From a virus (taxonomy: Duplodnaviria; Caudoviricetes): DNA of 47,097 nt. The position numbers and the translations under genes are program-made. Of the stretch, positions 35,259 through 44,990 are shown piece after piece. The stretch is from IMG/VR virus record IMGVR_UViG_3300020016_000012, positions 1 through 47,097 of that record, one strand, 5' to 3'. Every line of letters begins with the position of its first letter. Positions within the stretch are counted from its first letter, which is position 1. The notes under the pieces are model-generated. The model was given only the letters and a program-made list of their open reading frames with translations, was not told the origin of the DNA and did not search any database.

Positions 35259-36329
35259 TCACGCGGCCCTCTGCGTCAAGAGCGTCTGGAGATCCCCGAT
35301 GACCGTTTTGGCTCGAGTAATCCAGGACGCCTCAGCCACGCAGGCCGGGAGTTGAGCGGCGACGCGCCGGCGTCCTTCCGCATCGGCGAGCCACACACGC
35401 ATGAGTGCAGCCGCCTCTATCGGTGTTCGAAAGGTGGGTACAAGATCCCCGAACACTTCTCGGACTTCGGTCCGGTCGTCTGACAGATGAAACGCACCAC
35501 AAGCCGCGAGCTCATATGCTCGAGGACTGAGGGATTCAGCATGGGTGATCGAAGGCGCTCGCTTCCCCCAGCCCTTCGACGTACGGTAGAGATTCAGGCC
35601 TATTTTGGCGCGGCGATACAGCGCACTCGCGCGGGCGTTCGAGATCGACTCCCCAGCGAGCGGCACCGACTTCTTTAGGCCACAGCCTTTCCAACTGCCG
35701 TACAGCCCAAGATCGATCCCGGTCCAGTTGATCGCATTGAACAACGCCACGCGCTCACGAAATCCCGTCCCAACAAACACCACATCGTGACTCTGATAAT
35801 CCGCGTCGTCAGACTTCGCGGTCACTTGATGCTGTTCTGGATTCCACGCATGCGGCAGATAGCCAGCGTGTCGATTCACTTCCTGAAACGCACCCAGGAC
35901 TGACCGCTCGCACGTCCAGCAGCCATCCACATCGCGCGCGATCCGCATCTCTTTTTCGTGGTCGTAGGGTGACTCAGTAAAAAGCACCGTCACACGAAGG
36001 CCTGCCCGTTTCATCATCACGATGATGTCGGGATGGAACAACATGCTGCTGACAATCAGGACCACGTCGACCTGATGGCGCAGCGCCATCTCTAACGCCC
36101 CGATGCCAGCTTGATACATGATGTCGGCATCGTTCGGCTTCGTGAGATCGGGTCGGTCTTTCTTCTTCTGCCGCCACATGGCGTGGAGGAACTTGTGCGA
36201 GACCTGGATCCGTTCATCTAAGCGATACGGCACGATCTGGACGCCGTGATATTTCAAGCCATAGCGCAACCCGGCTTCGACATCAGCCGTAGACCAGGAC
36301 GCGCCAGGATGCGCGAGGAGAATTCTCAC
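35259..36329 (-). CDS. GT-B glycosyltransferase (CgeB-like)
   Basis: TESPY, YLPHA, DVVFVGTGF.ER, LYRRAKIGLN, PRAYELAACGAF; GTG start at 36329. Confidence 0.88.
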   Translation of the reverse strand: MRILLAHPGASWSTADVEAGLRYGLKYHGVQIVPYRLDERIQVSHKFLHAMWRQKKKDRPDLTKPNDADIMYQAGIGALEMALRHQVDVVLIVSSMLFHPDIIVMMKRAGLRVTVLFTESPYDHEKEMRIARDVDGCWTCERSVLGAFQEVNRHAGYLPHAWNPEQHQVTAKSDDADYQSHDVVFVGTGFRERVALFNAINWTGIDLGLYGSWKGCGLKKSVPLAGESISNARASALYRRAKIGLNLYRTSKGWGKRAPSITHAESLSPRAYELAACGAFHLSDDRTEVREVFGDLVPTFRTPIEAAALMRVWLADAEGRRRVAAQLPACVAEASWITRAKTVIGDLQTLLTQRAA

Positions 36330-36967
36330 TTGCGCGCCTCGCACAAGTATCCCGTCGTCGCTTTGACTTGGCTGGCGAAGCCCCAGCACTCAAACCGGCG
36401 CAGGAAGTCGTACGCTGCGGCGCCTTCAGACGTCCACGCGCAGGGCGTAATGTCCACTTCCGTAAAAGCGCTCAGGAGGAGTTGCCAGCCCTGTTCCGTG
36501 AAGCGCCAATAGTCCTTGTAATCCTCAGTCCGATGATCCGGCCACAGGAAGGGCGACGTGACGAGCAAGAGTCCGCCCGGTCTCAACACGCGGAACACTT
36601 CGCCAACCGCGGCCGGCGGGTTAATGCAGTGCTCGAGGACTTCTGTCAGGACCACGCCATCGAATGCATTGTCAGGAAACGGCAAGGCGAGCAGATCGCC
36701 CTTGACGTCTTCACCGGTCGATGTGTCCGGTTCTCCGAACGTGATGTAGCCGTCGCCGAGATATGTCCTGGGGTTGTAGACGCCGACGTCGAGGATGTCC
36801 TTCCCTAATTCGGCGCGATGCGACCAGATCCAGTGCTCCAACTGCACGCGGTGATAGTCCGGCGCCGGGAACTCGTGCAGCCCTGGCGTCGTCTGCATCC
36901 AGTTGATCAGGTAGGCGTATTCCTCGGACTGACTGAGGCCGTAGAGCAGCACGTCCCGCCCACTCAT
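36326..36967 (-). CDS. Class I SAM-dependent methyltransferase
   Basis: ILDVG, LPFPDNAFD, EVLEH, EVFRVLRPGG, DYWRFT. Confidence 0.9.
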   Translation of the reverse strand: MSGRDVLLYGLSQSEEYAYLINWMQTTPGLHEFPAPDYHRVQLEHWIWSHRAELGKDILDVGVYNPRTYLGDGYITFGEPDTSTGEDVKGDLLALPFPDNAFDGVVLTEVLEHCINPPAAVGEVFRVLRPGGLLLVTSPFLWPDHRTEDYKDYWRFTEQGWQLLLSAFTEVDITPCAWTSEGAAAYDFLRRFECWGFASQVKATTGYLCEARK

Positions 36968-37380
36968 CGCGACACCTTGAAGCCTTCGCGCTCGAGCAAG
37001 GCGATCAAGTCTTGAATCATGCGCGCCCGCGCACGGATGACGGTCGGAATCATGGCCTGTTCAGGAGACGCCGCCGGCATCCGTCCACGATTCGCGCCGC
37101 GGTCCGTCCGACGCAGACGCGTGCCTTTCTCGAAAATCACGGCATGAGGCGCCCGACTCTCAACACGCGCCGAGACTGACGCGCGGTCACGTTTCTGCGT
37201 GACTCGTACCCCACGTTTCAGGTTGCCCGTCTTGGCTGGGTAATTCGTCTGGACCGTGGTCCCAGCGGCTTGCGCCGCACCGACGACTACGCCAGCCGCT
37301 TCGTTCGCCAGATGCTCTGGCAGATTACGCAGAGCTTCCTTAAACTCTTCCATGCCAGACCACTGGAGACGCACACCCAT
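36964..37380 (-). CDS. HK97 gp10-like tail component
   Basis: GMEEF..AL, P.KTGNLK, HAVIFEKGT, GRMPA. Confidence 0.85.
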   Translation of the reverse strand: MGVRLQWSGMEEFKEALRNLPEHLANEAAGVVVGAAQAAGTTVQTNYPAKTGNLKRGVRVTQKRDRASVSARVESRAPHAVIFEKGTRLRRTDRGANRGRMPAASPEQAMIPTVIRARARMIQDLIALLEREGFKVSR

Positions 37381-37697
37381 TACGGCGTCACCTCTTCGCA
37401 GAGCAACCGCAGTTCACGGTGCCGCTCGTCGACGTCCTGCACCCCCTTGACAAACAGCTCGCGAATGTAGCCTTTGAGCGGATCCATGTATTGAAGCCGT
37501 GTGTCCATCGTCACTTGTGGGTGATACCGGATGATGACTTGATGCGTCGTCGTCCGTCCGTCACCGGCCGGCGCCAACGGTTGGATCGCCGCCGCGACAA
37601 ACTCCGGCGTCAACGGCTCCCAGAATCCGTCCGCGTCGTTGGTGGTGGTCGGTGAATTCGCCAACGCCACCCGTTTGTCCATTTGCCCGACGTTCAT
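37380..37697 (-). CDS. Head-closure protein (SPP1 gp16-like)
   Basis: GQMDKRV, THQVIIRYHPQVTMDTRL, ELRLLCEE; ATG at 37697. Confidence 0.88.
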   Translation of the reverse strand: MNVGQMDKRVALANSPTTTNDADGFWEPLTPEFVAAAIQPLAPAGDGRTTTHQVIIRYHPQVTMDTRLQYMDPLKGYIRELFVKGVQDVDERHRELRLLCEEVTP

Positions 37698-38206
37698 GCG
37701 AGTGCCGGATCTCTGGACCGCATCAACAACCGGCCCACGGCTTGCCACAACACGTCGTCCGAACTCATGTCGTCGCCGCGTCGTTCATAGAGGTGCGTCA
37801 GGACTAGCAGAGTCGCCGCCTGGATGTGCGCCGGCACCGTGGCATCCGTCCACGAAGGCGTCCCAACAGAACCCGCGGCCGTTGACTGCCCAGCCGTGAC
37901 ATTGACGGCCACGCTAAACGTGGTCGGGCTCAACACCGTGACCGCCTGAGACCCATTGACGGTCGGCGTCGTACTGGTCCCGGTCAGGGTGTACGTCGTG
38001 CCAGTCGTCAAACTGTGTGGCACCGTCGTCGTGACGATGGCGGGGTTAGCAGCCGAGATCGACGCGATGGCAATCTGGCGATTCTTCAAATAGTCCGCAA
38101 TGATGGCGGTCGCCTGGACCAGCTTCATGTAGATGTCGGCGTTCTGGTTCTCGTCGTCGACGCGGAGATGCCGCTTCGCGTCAGCCAAGGTCGCATAGGT
38201 CGCCAT
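37694..38206 (-). CDS. Head-tail connector (HK97 gp6-like) with an inserted Ser/Thr-rich beta domain
   Basis: TLADAKRHLRVD...YLK and VPAHIQAATLL..HLYERR..RDPALA flank ISAANPAIVT..HSLTTG. Confidence 0.85.
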   Translation of the reverse strand: MATYATLADAKRHLRVDDENQNADIYMKLVQATAIIADYLKNRQIAIASISAANPAIVTTTVPHSLTTGTTYTLTGTSTTPTVNGSQAVTVLSPTTFSVAVNVTAGQSTAAGSVGTPSWTDATVPAHIQAATLLVLTHLYERRGDDMSSDDVLWQAVGRLLMRSRDPALA

Positions 38207-38994
38207 CAGCGACGTCCCACCGAAACCACAGGCACCGGGTCAACCGCGTCACGGCCGTCCTTGCCATCGCGCCCGCGCTTGACCGTCAACGTCCACGCCT
38301 TCGAGCCCTCACCAGGCTTGGTAGTCGTCGACTCATTGGCGTGCCACATGGACCCGCCCCAGGTGACCAGGTTCCCGACGTCGTAGGACTTCCCGTCCTG
38401 GTACACGCCTTCGTAGGAGAGCCCAGCGAGCCCTGGCGCCCCATCCTGACCGTCCTTGCCAGGTTCACCTGGATCACCCTTAGGGCCTGGCACTGGTGGC
38501 CGAGTTTCGACCACGGCTACGCGCTCGCTGATACGAGCCACATTTTTGGACATGTCGTCGTATCGCATGCTCCCAACAGCCGCGACATCTAACCGCCCCT
38601 CAACCGTGCGTAGACGTTCGCGGAGATCAACAATCGTCGTTTCGTGATCAAGCTTGAATTCTGGCGCTGGAATGGCCGACTTAGCTTCAACAGTCACCAC
38701 GCGGTCGCGCAGATCGCCAAGCGTCGAGAGTCTGGCTTCACACGCCGCCACACGCTCGAGCACTGGCGACATGTTTACTGGCGTCGGTTCGACTGGTATA
38801 GGCACCTGAACAACGGACTTGGCTTCCATCACCGCTACACGTTCCCTGAGTGCCCCCAAATCGTTCCAGCGGGCTTCCCAGCCGGAGACTTGCGCCTGCA
38901 AGGTCTTGACATCTGACAGCACCGGAGCCAGTGTCAACTTGATGTGGTCTTGCACCACATCAGCAACCGCCATGACGATGTCTTGTTGATTCAC
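38206..38994 (-). CDS. Portal-adjacent coiled-coil/collagen-like head protein
   Basis: LRERVA repeats, G-X-Y run, YEGVY...VTWGGSMWH...WTL.VKRGRDGKD. Confidence 0.75.
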   Translation of the reverse strand: MNQQDIVMAVADVVQDHIKLTLAPVLSDVKTLQAQVSGWEARWNDLGALRERVAVMEAKSVVQVPIPVEPTPVNMSPVLERVAACEARLSTLGDLRDRVVTVEAKSAIPAPEFKLDHETTIVDLRERLRTVEGRLDVAAVGSMRYDDMSKNVARISERVAVVETRPPVPGPKGDPGEPGKDGQDGAPGLAGLSYEGVYQDGKSYDVGNLVTWGGSMWHANESTTTKPGEGSKAWTLTVKRGRDGKDGRDAVDPVPVVSVGRR

Positions 38995-40364
38995 GCGGCT
39001 CGCCTCGTAGATAACTCTTTCCGTAACAGAGCACTTAGACCGGCCGCCTGGTCCATCTCGGTGCCATCAGGCTGTTTCACTGGAGGCGTCCCCTGTCCAG
39101 ACATGTTCGTCGGGGCGGGAATGTCACGTTCCGCCAGTTGTTTGAGTGGCCACATCTGCTGTTGCATGTAGACTTCATTCCCGCCGGCGACGGGGCCCCT
39201 GCCAAAGTATTGGCGCCGCGTGTCGTTCGGAGACAAACCCGCAGAAATCGCCGTCTTCGCTGAATTCACACGCGTGGTCCAATCCATCCAGATCAGATCG
39301 TCAATGTCGAATTCCGTCCCGTAGACGTTCCCAAACTGCTTTCCAAGTCCCAGCCCTTCATCCAAGCAATGCTCGAGCGCCGTCAAGAGACTTTGAATAC
39401 ATTGCGAGTAGTACTGCTGGATGAGCGGATCGACGTTCGCATACGGTGGTGGAGGGCCAACGCCGACCATGTAGGGCGGCACATGGAAACAGGAACAGAC
39501 TGTTTCAGCCGTCCATTTCAACTGGTCGATGAGCTGCGCATCGACCGCACTCATCGTGAACTGCTCGTATTTCAACCCGTCGCCGCCGACCAGTGTTTCG
39601 CCAATCTGCTTGGAGTTGACCGTGGCGAGCAGGCGTTGCGCCGTTTCGTCCGAGATCGCTCCAGGGGCCGTCAACATGCCGCCAGGGTTCGACCCATTCG
39701 TAAAGAAGGTCTTCGAGTTGTTCTGAATGGCGAGGCCTTGGAGCGCCGCATTCCCGCAGGCGTAAATCGGTGTCACTCCAATCAATGGGTGATACAGCGC
39801 GCACATGATGTCGTGAATGATTTCGCTCGCCGGCACCACGATGCGTTCCGCTTTCACTTCAGCGAGATCGTCGCGTTTGATTTCGTAATACACGGCGCCA
39901 TCGGGCGTCACGAGCGGGACGACGCGCGTGGAATCGAGGACATACAGGGCGACGACGACGCCGCGCTGATCGCGTTGCTTGAGAATGTAAGCATTCCCTC
40001 GCGTCAGCTTCTGGATGATCCACTGCTCAATAAACTTGATGATCGTCTGGTAGCGATTGGGCTTCCGCAGGACAGGCGAGAACGCGGGCGACTCTGTTTC
40101 CGTCCAGATGCCGTCATCGGACTCCTGCATTAATCGGAGACACAGCTTCGCGATGTCCCCAGAAATGAGTGACACGCAGGCATACACGGCCGAATACGTC
40201 AAGACGTCCTGCGCGCGGATCTCGACGTTGTTCTGCCAGGCACCGGTAAAACTCTCGCGGATGATCGGCCACCAGCCGCCGGTACTTGGACTGAGCGGAC
40301 GCAGATTGAGCCCCTTCGTCGTGAGCTCCATCGTGCGTCCGAACAGTTGCAGTTCGAGTTTCAT
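38991..40364 (-). CDS. Portal protein (HK97 family)
   Basis: AVYACV..I, PNRYQT, GNAY, EIIH, FFTNG.NPGG, FHVPP. Confidence 0.95.
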   Translation of the reverse strand: MKLELQLFGRTMELTTKGLNLRPLSPSTGGWWPIIRESFTGAWQNNVEIRAQDVLTYSAVYACVSLISGDIAKLCLRLMQESDDGIWTETESPAFSPVLRKPNRYQTIIKFIEQWIIQKLTRGNAYILKQRDQRGVVVALYVLDSTRVVPLVTPDGAVYYEIKRDDLAEVKAERIVVPASEIIHDIMCALYHPLIGVTPIYACGNAALQGLAIQNNSKTFFTNGSNPGGMLTAPGAISDETAQRLLATVNSKQIGETLVGGDGLKYEQFTMSAVDAQLIDQLKWTAETVCSCFHVPPYMVGVGPPPPYANVDPLIQQYYSQCIQSLLTALEHCLDEGLGLGKQFGNVYGTEFDIDDLIWMDWTTRVNSAKTAISAGLSPNDTRRQYFGRGPVAGGNEVYMQQQMWPLKQLAERDIPAPTNMSGQGTPPVKQPDGTEMDQAAGLSALLRKELSTRRAA

Positions 40365-40561
40365 TCGACCGGTGCAGCCATCCCGTTGGCGACCAGGTTG
40401 TCGACCTTCGACGCGTCGACGTCGTAGGTGTCGCCTTCTTGGTATTCCTTGCCTTCAGCGGTGTGATATTTCAGCGCCTTGACGGTGACGGACGCTTCAG
40501 CCTTGCCCGGTTCGGCGACCGGTTCAGGTGTGGATGAGCCGTAATACGTGTCGTCAGACAT
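40361..40561 (-). CDS. Small head-associated protein
   Basis: GAGGAGG RBS before ATG 40561; VKAL..H...G..Y..GD.Y...LV..G.A pattern. Confidence 0.65.
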   Translation of the reverse strand: MSDDTYYGSSTPEPVAEPGKAEASVTVKALKYHTAEGKEYQEGDTYDVDASKVDNLVANGMAAPVE

Positions 40562-40636
40562 GATGTCGTGCCTCCTCGTAGTGGTTCGCGGTCGCAGCGT
40601 GGTTTTGGCTAGAGGAACACGCTTCTTGGCCATGGG

Positions 40637-41272
40637 TCAGCTTTCTATCTGTGCGTACACCAACTGAATGCCATCAGGATCAGGCGGGTCGGATTGATAG
40701 CGCGTCAACGTCAAGCCGTGCGCGTCGGCGAATTCGTCCCACGCCTGCTTCACGCCTGGGAACAGGTGATGGCCGTAGTCGTCTCCGAGAATGATTCCGC
40801 CCGGCTTGACATACGGGCCCCAAGCCTGGAGATCCGCCTTCACCGCCTCGTAAGAATGATCGGCATCGACGTACAGGTAATCGATCGGCTGCGTCCAGCA
40901 CCGCGCCGCCTCAATCGAGGTCGCATGGACCAGACGCACATTCGCACTCACCCCGGATGACGAGAGGTTGCGCGCACACGCCACGAGCATCCAGGGCGAG
41001 TTCTCACGCACTTCATGGATGTCTCCGGACCAGGTATCCACACAGGTCAACGTCCCACGCCAGCGACGAATCGCACGCGCCACGGGGATCGCCGACGCAC
41101 CGAGCCACGTCCCGAGCTCCACACAGACCGCCGGCCGATGCTGTTCCACCAGTTCGAGGATCTTCGAGCCGTGATGGAACCAGCCCGGCGTCTGTTGATC
41201 TGGCGCAGGCCACGAACCCTCTTCCCTATAAGAAAGGGTTGGGCTAACTGGGCCGCCGCTCATGGCCATCAC
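40637..41272 (-). CDS. Class I SAM-dependent methyltransferase (Methyltransf_24-like)
   Basis: VELGTWLGAS, VDTW, IDYLYVDADHSYEAVKAD, VKPGGIILGDDY. Confidence 0.9.
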   Translation of the reverse strand: MMAMSGGPVSPTLSYREEGSWPAPDQQTPGWFHHGSKILELVEQHRPAVCVELGTWLGASAIPVARAIRRWRGTLTCVDTWSGDIHEVRENSPWMLVACARNLSSSGVSANVRLVHATSIEAARCWTQPIDYLYVDADHSYEAVKADLQAWGPYVKPGGIILGDDYGHHLFPGVKQAWDEFADAHGLTLTRYQSDPPDPDGIQLVYAQIES

Positions 41273-41408
41273 TTAGTCGCCAGCACGATCCACCCGCGTA
41301 TACCCACGCTTGAGCAGCTCGTCGATCAACCCTGACTGCTCCACCGCCAGCAGCTTGGCCGTGCCACTGAACCCGGAATCAGGTGGCGGCTTGAGTTCCA
41401 CGACGCCG

Positions 41409-42026
41409 CTAGGCAGGGACGACTTGGGCTTTGGGGAGTTGGTAAGTGTGCTGGCCAATGTGTCCAATCTGTTTAGAAAGGTCGTGATCGATGTAAATCG
41501 TGTAGCCGGCATTCGTGAGACCGCGGCAGAACATCACGTCCTCCCCGATGTCGCCGCCTAAGTCATTGAGCCCATGACGAAACCACGGGCGCCCCAGTCC
41601 AGACACCACATCGGCCCGCATCAACATCGTGCCCATGCCGACATATTCCACCGCCTCGAGACCGGTCGACGTCTCCGTCGTTGGTACTCGCTGCCCATCC
41701 CGATACGCCGTGAACAAACCAGACGCCTGTCGCACCAGGTAATTGCACGCCACGATCGGCTGGTCGTGCATCGCCAACAACACCGCTGTTTCCCGTGGCA
41801 GGCTCATATCCGTATCCAGCCACAGGATGTGTGTCGCCCCTTGCTTCAGTGCCGCTTCAAGAAACCATTCCCGCCCGACGTGGATATACGTACTCGCAAC
41901 AAACCCGACCGTGACATCCGACCCCCACGGCCCCCGCTCGCGCGTGTAGGCGTAGAGTTGCGCGACATCGACGGCGAAGGCGGCCGGCACGGTATCCCGT
42001 GTCGGCCCACCAATCGCTAACCGCAT
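41409..42026 (-). CDS. GT-A fold glycosyltransferase
   Basis: THILWLDTDM, IVACNY, GMGTML, GEDVMFC, IYIDHDLS..IGHIG; starts immediately after the capsid stop. Confidence 0.85.
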   Translation of the reverse strand: MRLAIGGPTRDTVPAAFAVDVAQLYAYTRERGPWGSDVTVGFVASTYIHVGREWFLEAALKQGATHILWLDTDMSLPRETAVLLAMHDQPIVACNYLVRQASGLFTAYRDGQRVPTTETSTGLEAVEYVGMGTMLMRADVVSGLGRPWFRHGLNDLGGDIGEDVMFCRGLTNAGYTIYIDHDLSKQIGHIGQHTYQLPKAQVVPA

Positions 42027-43943
42027 TTACGTCCCGACGTACGCCGCCGCCGTGATGTACCGCACCGCCGCCGTGCGCGCACGGATCCAGGTGATGAACC
42101 GCTCGGCCTTCAACCCGACGAGGTTGCGCTGCCAGAGCGACAGATACACCGTGGTCGCGTCGACCGTGTCCGTCGGCGCCGAGTCCATCTGGACCGACGC
42201 TTCACGGCTGACATCGATCCGCACGCCACCCTCATCGGCGTAGAGAATCGATGGCGCATGCACCAGAATCACGCGGGTGGACACGTTGTTACTGACCACG
42301 ACCGGCATGCCAAACAACGTCCCACCTTGTGCCGTCATGCCAGGGAACAGCGGCTGTCCGAGGGCATTCACCGAGATGCTCAACCCGAAGGCATTCGAGT
42401 CGCTCATCAGCCACACCGAGCCGGCCAGCGGCACGTTCGCCGCCGTGAAGACCGCGATCGAGGCCGCAATGTCCGCCTTCGCCGCCGCCGACGTCACACC
42501 AGACGCCGCCGCGGTGGACGCGCCCACCGTGATCGCCGCGGGGTTGACGTTCGCGACCGCCGTGACCGCCGGATCGTTGAACTGCTGGTCCAGGAACGTG
42601 CCCATGCCCTGAATCATTTCCTCGCGAACGAGGTTTTCCGCCGATGGCGTGGACAGCATCACGAGTTCTTCCGACAGCACAATGATCCCGGCCGCCTTCG
42701 CAAACGGCACCGTCACCGTGGCGAAATCAGCCTTCGTCACCGGCTTCGGTTTGTTCTGGCCCACCCATCCATACGTGCCCCCCGTGGTCTGCGTCGGCAC
42801 CGACACGTTGAACGGCACTTGACGTAGGCCAGGAATCCGCCCAAGGAGCGTCCGCGGACGGAGCATCTCGAGGAACTCATTCAATGGCTGGGTGACAACA
42901 AGCGGGCCGGCCCAGGTCGAGTCGGTCGTGGTGCCAACAGCCACAGCGGCTTTGGTCCGCCACATGTGCTCGACCATCTGCTCGACTTCCGGCGTGGAGT
43001 CCTTCCACTGCTTCGCGTACTGCAGCGTCTGGTAGGAATCACCTTTACCAGCGGCCATTGCCATACACATCCGCGTGAACGACGTCCCAGGCGGGACATT
43101 CGGCCTGACGGTGATGACCGGCATCGACACGCCGCCGCGGAGCAGGCTAGCCTTTTCCGTCTCGGTCGCCGTGGTCGTAATCCTTGTCGCCGCTGCGACG
43201 TTGCTTTTCTCGAGATCGCGGAGCCGCGCGAGATGCGCATCAATACTCTTGATCTCGGCGTCGAGGCTGTTGTATTCGTCCGTCTCTTCCGCGTCGAGCG
43301 TGCGGTTCTCTTCGGCGGATTTCTGCATCAAGTTGTCGCGCAACCGAATCTGCGCCAAGCTCTTGGTTTCAAACTGGGTAATCTGTTCTTGAATCGTCAT
43401 CGCTCGCGCGGCTTTCTGTCCGCGCTGGGGGGTTGACGGGCCCGTAACGCCGGGCGAGTTCTGGCCTGACGCGGCCTGATCGAGTGTTTTCACGGTCAAA
43501 ATCGTCGCTTCCGCATTCATCGGAATCGTGACGAGTGACAGTTCGTAGACGTGAGATTTCAGGAAGTGCAACCCGCCGGAGGCGAGTTCTTTGACGTGTT
43601 CCCGCGCGGCTTTGAACCCAATCGACGCGCCCGTAATTAGCCCGGCCTTGACGGAATGAAACGCCTCGTCGACACGGGTTTTCACGACGCCTGGCTCCGC
43701 CACGGACGGGATCTGTGCTTCAAACATGATCCCGTCACGCGTCGGCGGGAAGAATTTCACCGTCCCGACGGGCAACTTGTGATCGTGATGGAGCAGGAGC
43801 GGGAGGGGATTCTTAAAGGTGACGCCGAGTGGTTCGATGATGTCGCCAACGCGATCAGGAGTAGGCGTCGTCGCGATCCCGGTGATCACACGACGCTCCA
43901 CATCAATCGACTTGATGGTCAGTAAGCTATAAGCGCGGTCCAC
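42027..43943 (-). CDS. Prohead protease-major capsid protein fusion (HK97 fold)
   Basis: N-domain GIATTP..DRVGD, LLHHDH, SIGF, ELSLVTIP.N; then coiled scaffold region and capsid domain ending SLWQRNLVGLKAER. Confidence 0.95.
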   Translation of the reverse strand: MDRAYSLLTIKSIDVERRVITGIATTPTPDRVGDIIEPLGVTFKNPLPLLLHHDHKLPVGTVKFFPPTRDGIMFEAQIPSVAEPGVVKTRVDEAFHSVKAGLITGASIGFKAAREHVKELASGGLHFLKSHVYELSLVTIPMNAEATILTVKTLDQAASGQNSPGVTGPSTPQRGQKAARAMTIQEQITQFETKSLAQIRLRDNLMQKSAEENRTLDAEETDEYNSLDAEIKSIDAHLARLRDLEKSNVAAATRITTTATETEKASLLRGGVSMPVITVRPNVPPGTSFTRMCMAMAAGKGDSYQTLQYAKQWKDSTPEVEQMVEHMWRTKAAVAVGTTTDSTWAGPLVVTQPLNEFLEMLRPRTLLGRIPGLRQVPFNVSVPTQTTGGTYGWVGQNKPKPVTKADFATVTVPFAKAAGIIVLSEELVMLSTPSAENLVREEMIQGMGTFLDQQFNDPAVTAVANVNPAAITVGASTAAASGVTSAAAKADIAASIAVFTAANVPLAGSVWLMSDSNAFGLSISVNALGQPLFPGMTAQGGTLFGMPVVVSNNVSTRVILVHAPSILYADEGGVRIDVSREASVQMDSAPTDTVDATTVYLSLWQRNLVGLKAERFITWIRARTAAVRYITAAAYVGT

Positions 43944-43997
43944 TGCACATTCACTGTGCCGTGGAATCTGAAAAGCGAATTAATTTAGTAGGAAAAA

Positions 43998-44171
43998 CTA
44001 GCGGAGTTTCAGCTTCAACAACGCGCAGACCGTCTTCGAAATGCTCTGTTCTTCCTTGGCCGCGAGCTTGATCAGACGGTCATGCGCACTGGCCGGCAGC
44101 CACACGGACACACTCGAACGTGGCTCAAGCACGCGCGTGGACCCGGCTGGACGTCCAGGCGGACGTTTCAC
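43998..44171 (-). CDS. 57-aa ribbon-helix-helix protein
   Basis: GTG overlapping the TerL stop; KRPPGRP...SVSVWLPASAHDRLIKLAAKEEQSISKTVCALL. Confidence 0.7.
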   Translation of the reverse strand: MKRPPGRPAGSTRVLEPRSSVSVWLPASAHDRLIKLAAKEEQSISKTVCALLKLKLR

Positions 44172-44827
44172 CGCGCACCCAGGATGATCATCTGGTAGCC
44201 AGGGGTTTTCACGGCGCTATTATGTTCGGCACGATCCAAGGCCATCACCAGCGCCACGACGCCGTCAATTCTCTTGGTTGAGGCGACTTTGGACGGCTTG
44301 ATATTCCCGGCCGCGTCCTTTTCCACCACGACATTCCTTACGCAATCGCGCAAGACGGGATGGCCGTCGTGATGGATGCGCTTCGACAGGACGAGCGTCT
44401 CTAGCGATTTGGATGGAGCCGAGAGTGAGGCAAACCCTTGGCCGATCGGCACCATCGTGAACCCGTCAGCCTCTTTCAGACGCGTGACGAGGTCTGTAGC
44501 ATTCCATCGGTCATACGCAATCTCACAGATATGAAATTCGGCCCCCCAATCCTTCAACGTTTGGCGGACGGCTTCATAATCGATAATATTCCCAAGTGTG
44601 GCAACGAGATGCCCTTCGCGTGCCCACTGGTCATAGGGCACCCGGTCTTGATTCGACTTCTCTTTGATGTTCTCTTTCGGGAGGAAGAATTCCGGCAGCA
44701 CATCGTACCCGCCATCGCCATCGGGAAAGACCGCGACGAGCGCCGTCAAATCCTTGACTGTGGACAGGTCCATTCCGACGTAACAGCGACGGGCTTTGAG
44801 CGCGCGCCGGTATTCAGAGCGAGTCAC
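44168..44827 (-). CDS. terL: Terminase large subunit, nuclease domain
   Basis: CYVGMDLS..DLTA, IAYDRWNA, IGQG, HDGHPVL, KRIDGVVA. Confidence 0.92.
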   Translation of the reverse strand: MTRSEYRRALKARRCYVGMDLSTVKDLTALVAVFPDGDGGYDVLPEFFLPKENIKEKSNQDRVPYDQWAREGHLVATLGNIIDYEAVRQTLKDWGAEFHICEIAYDRWNATDLVTRLKEADGFTMVPIGQGFASLSAPSKSLETLVLSKRIHHDGHPVLRDCVRNVVVEKDAAGNIKPSKVASTKRIDGVVALVMALDRAEHNSAVKTPGYQMIILGAR

Positions 44828-44990
44828 TAAACGCCTTTTTCACAGATGCTTCCACATCAACAGCCGAATCTCGTATGAGTTCGTCGCTGACATAGACTGC
44901 TATCGGCCACTGACCAGTGGCCCATTTCCACGCGGCGAACCAGTGGCCAGTGAGGATAAATCTGACTATCTGACGAAATCTCCACGTCAT
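44814..44990 (-). CDS. 58-aa ORF between the two terL halves
   Basis: ATGA overlap with the ATPase stop; MTWRFRQIVRFILTGHWFAAWKWATGQWP... Confidence 0.5.
   Translation of the reverse strand: MTWRFRQIVRFILTGHWFAAWKWATGQWPIAVYVSDELIRDSAVDVEASVKKAFSDSL

Noticed and set aside
44828-44989. Intron or T4 gene 60-type ribosomal bypass joining the terL halves
   Set aside because: No group I or II core is visible, and no GCA landing codon returns to the nuclease frame.
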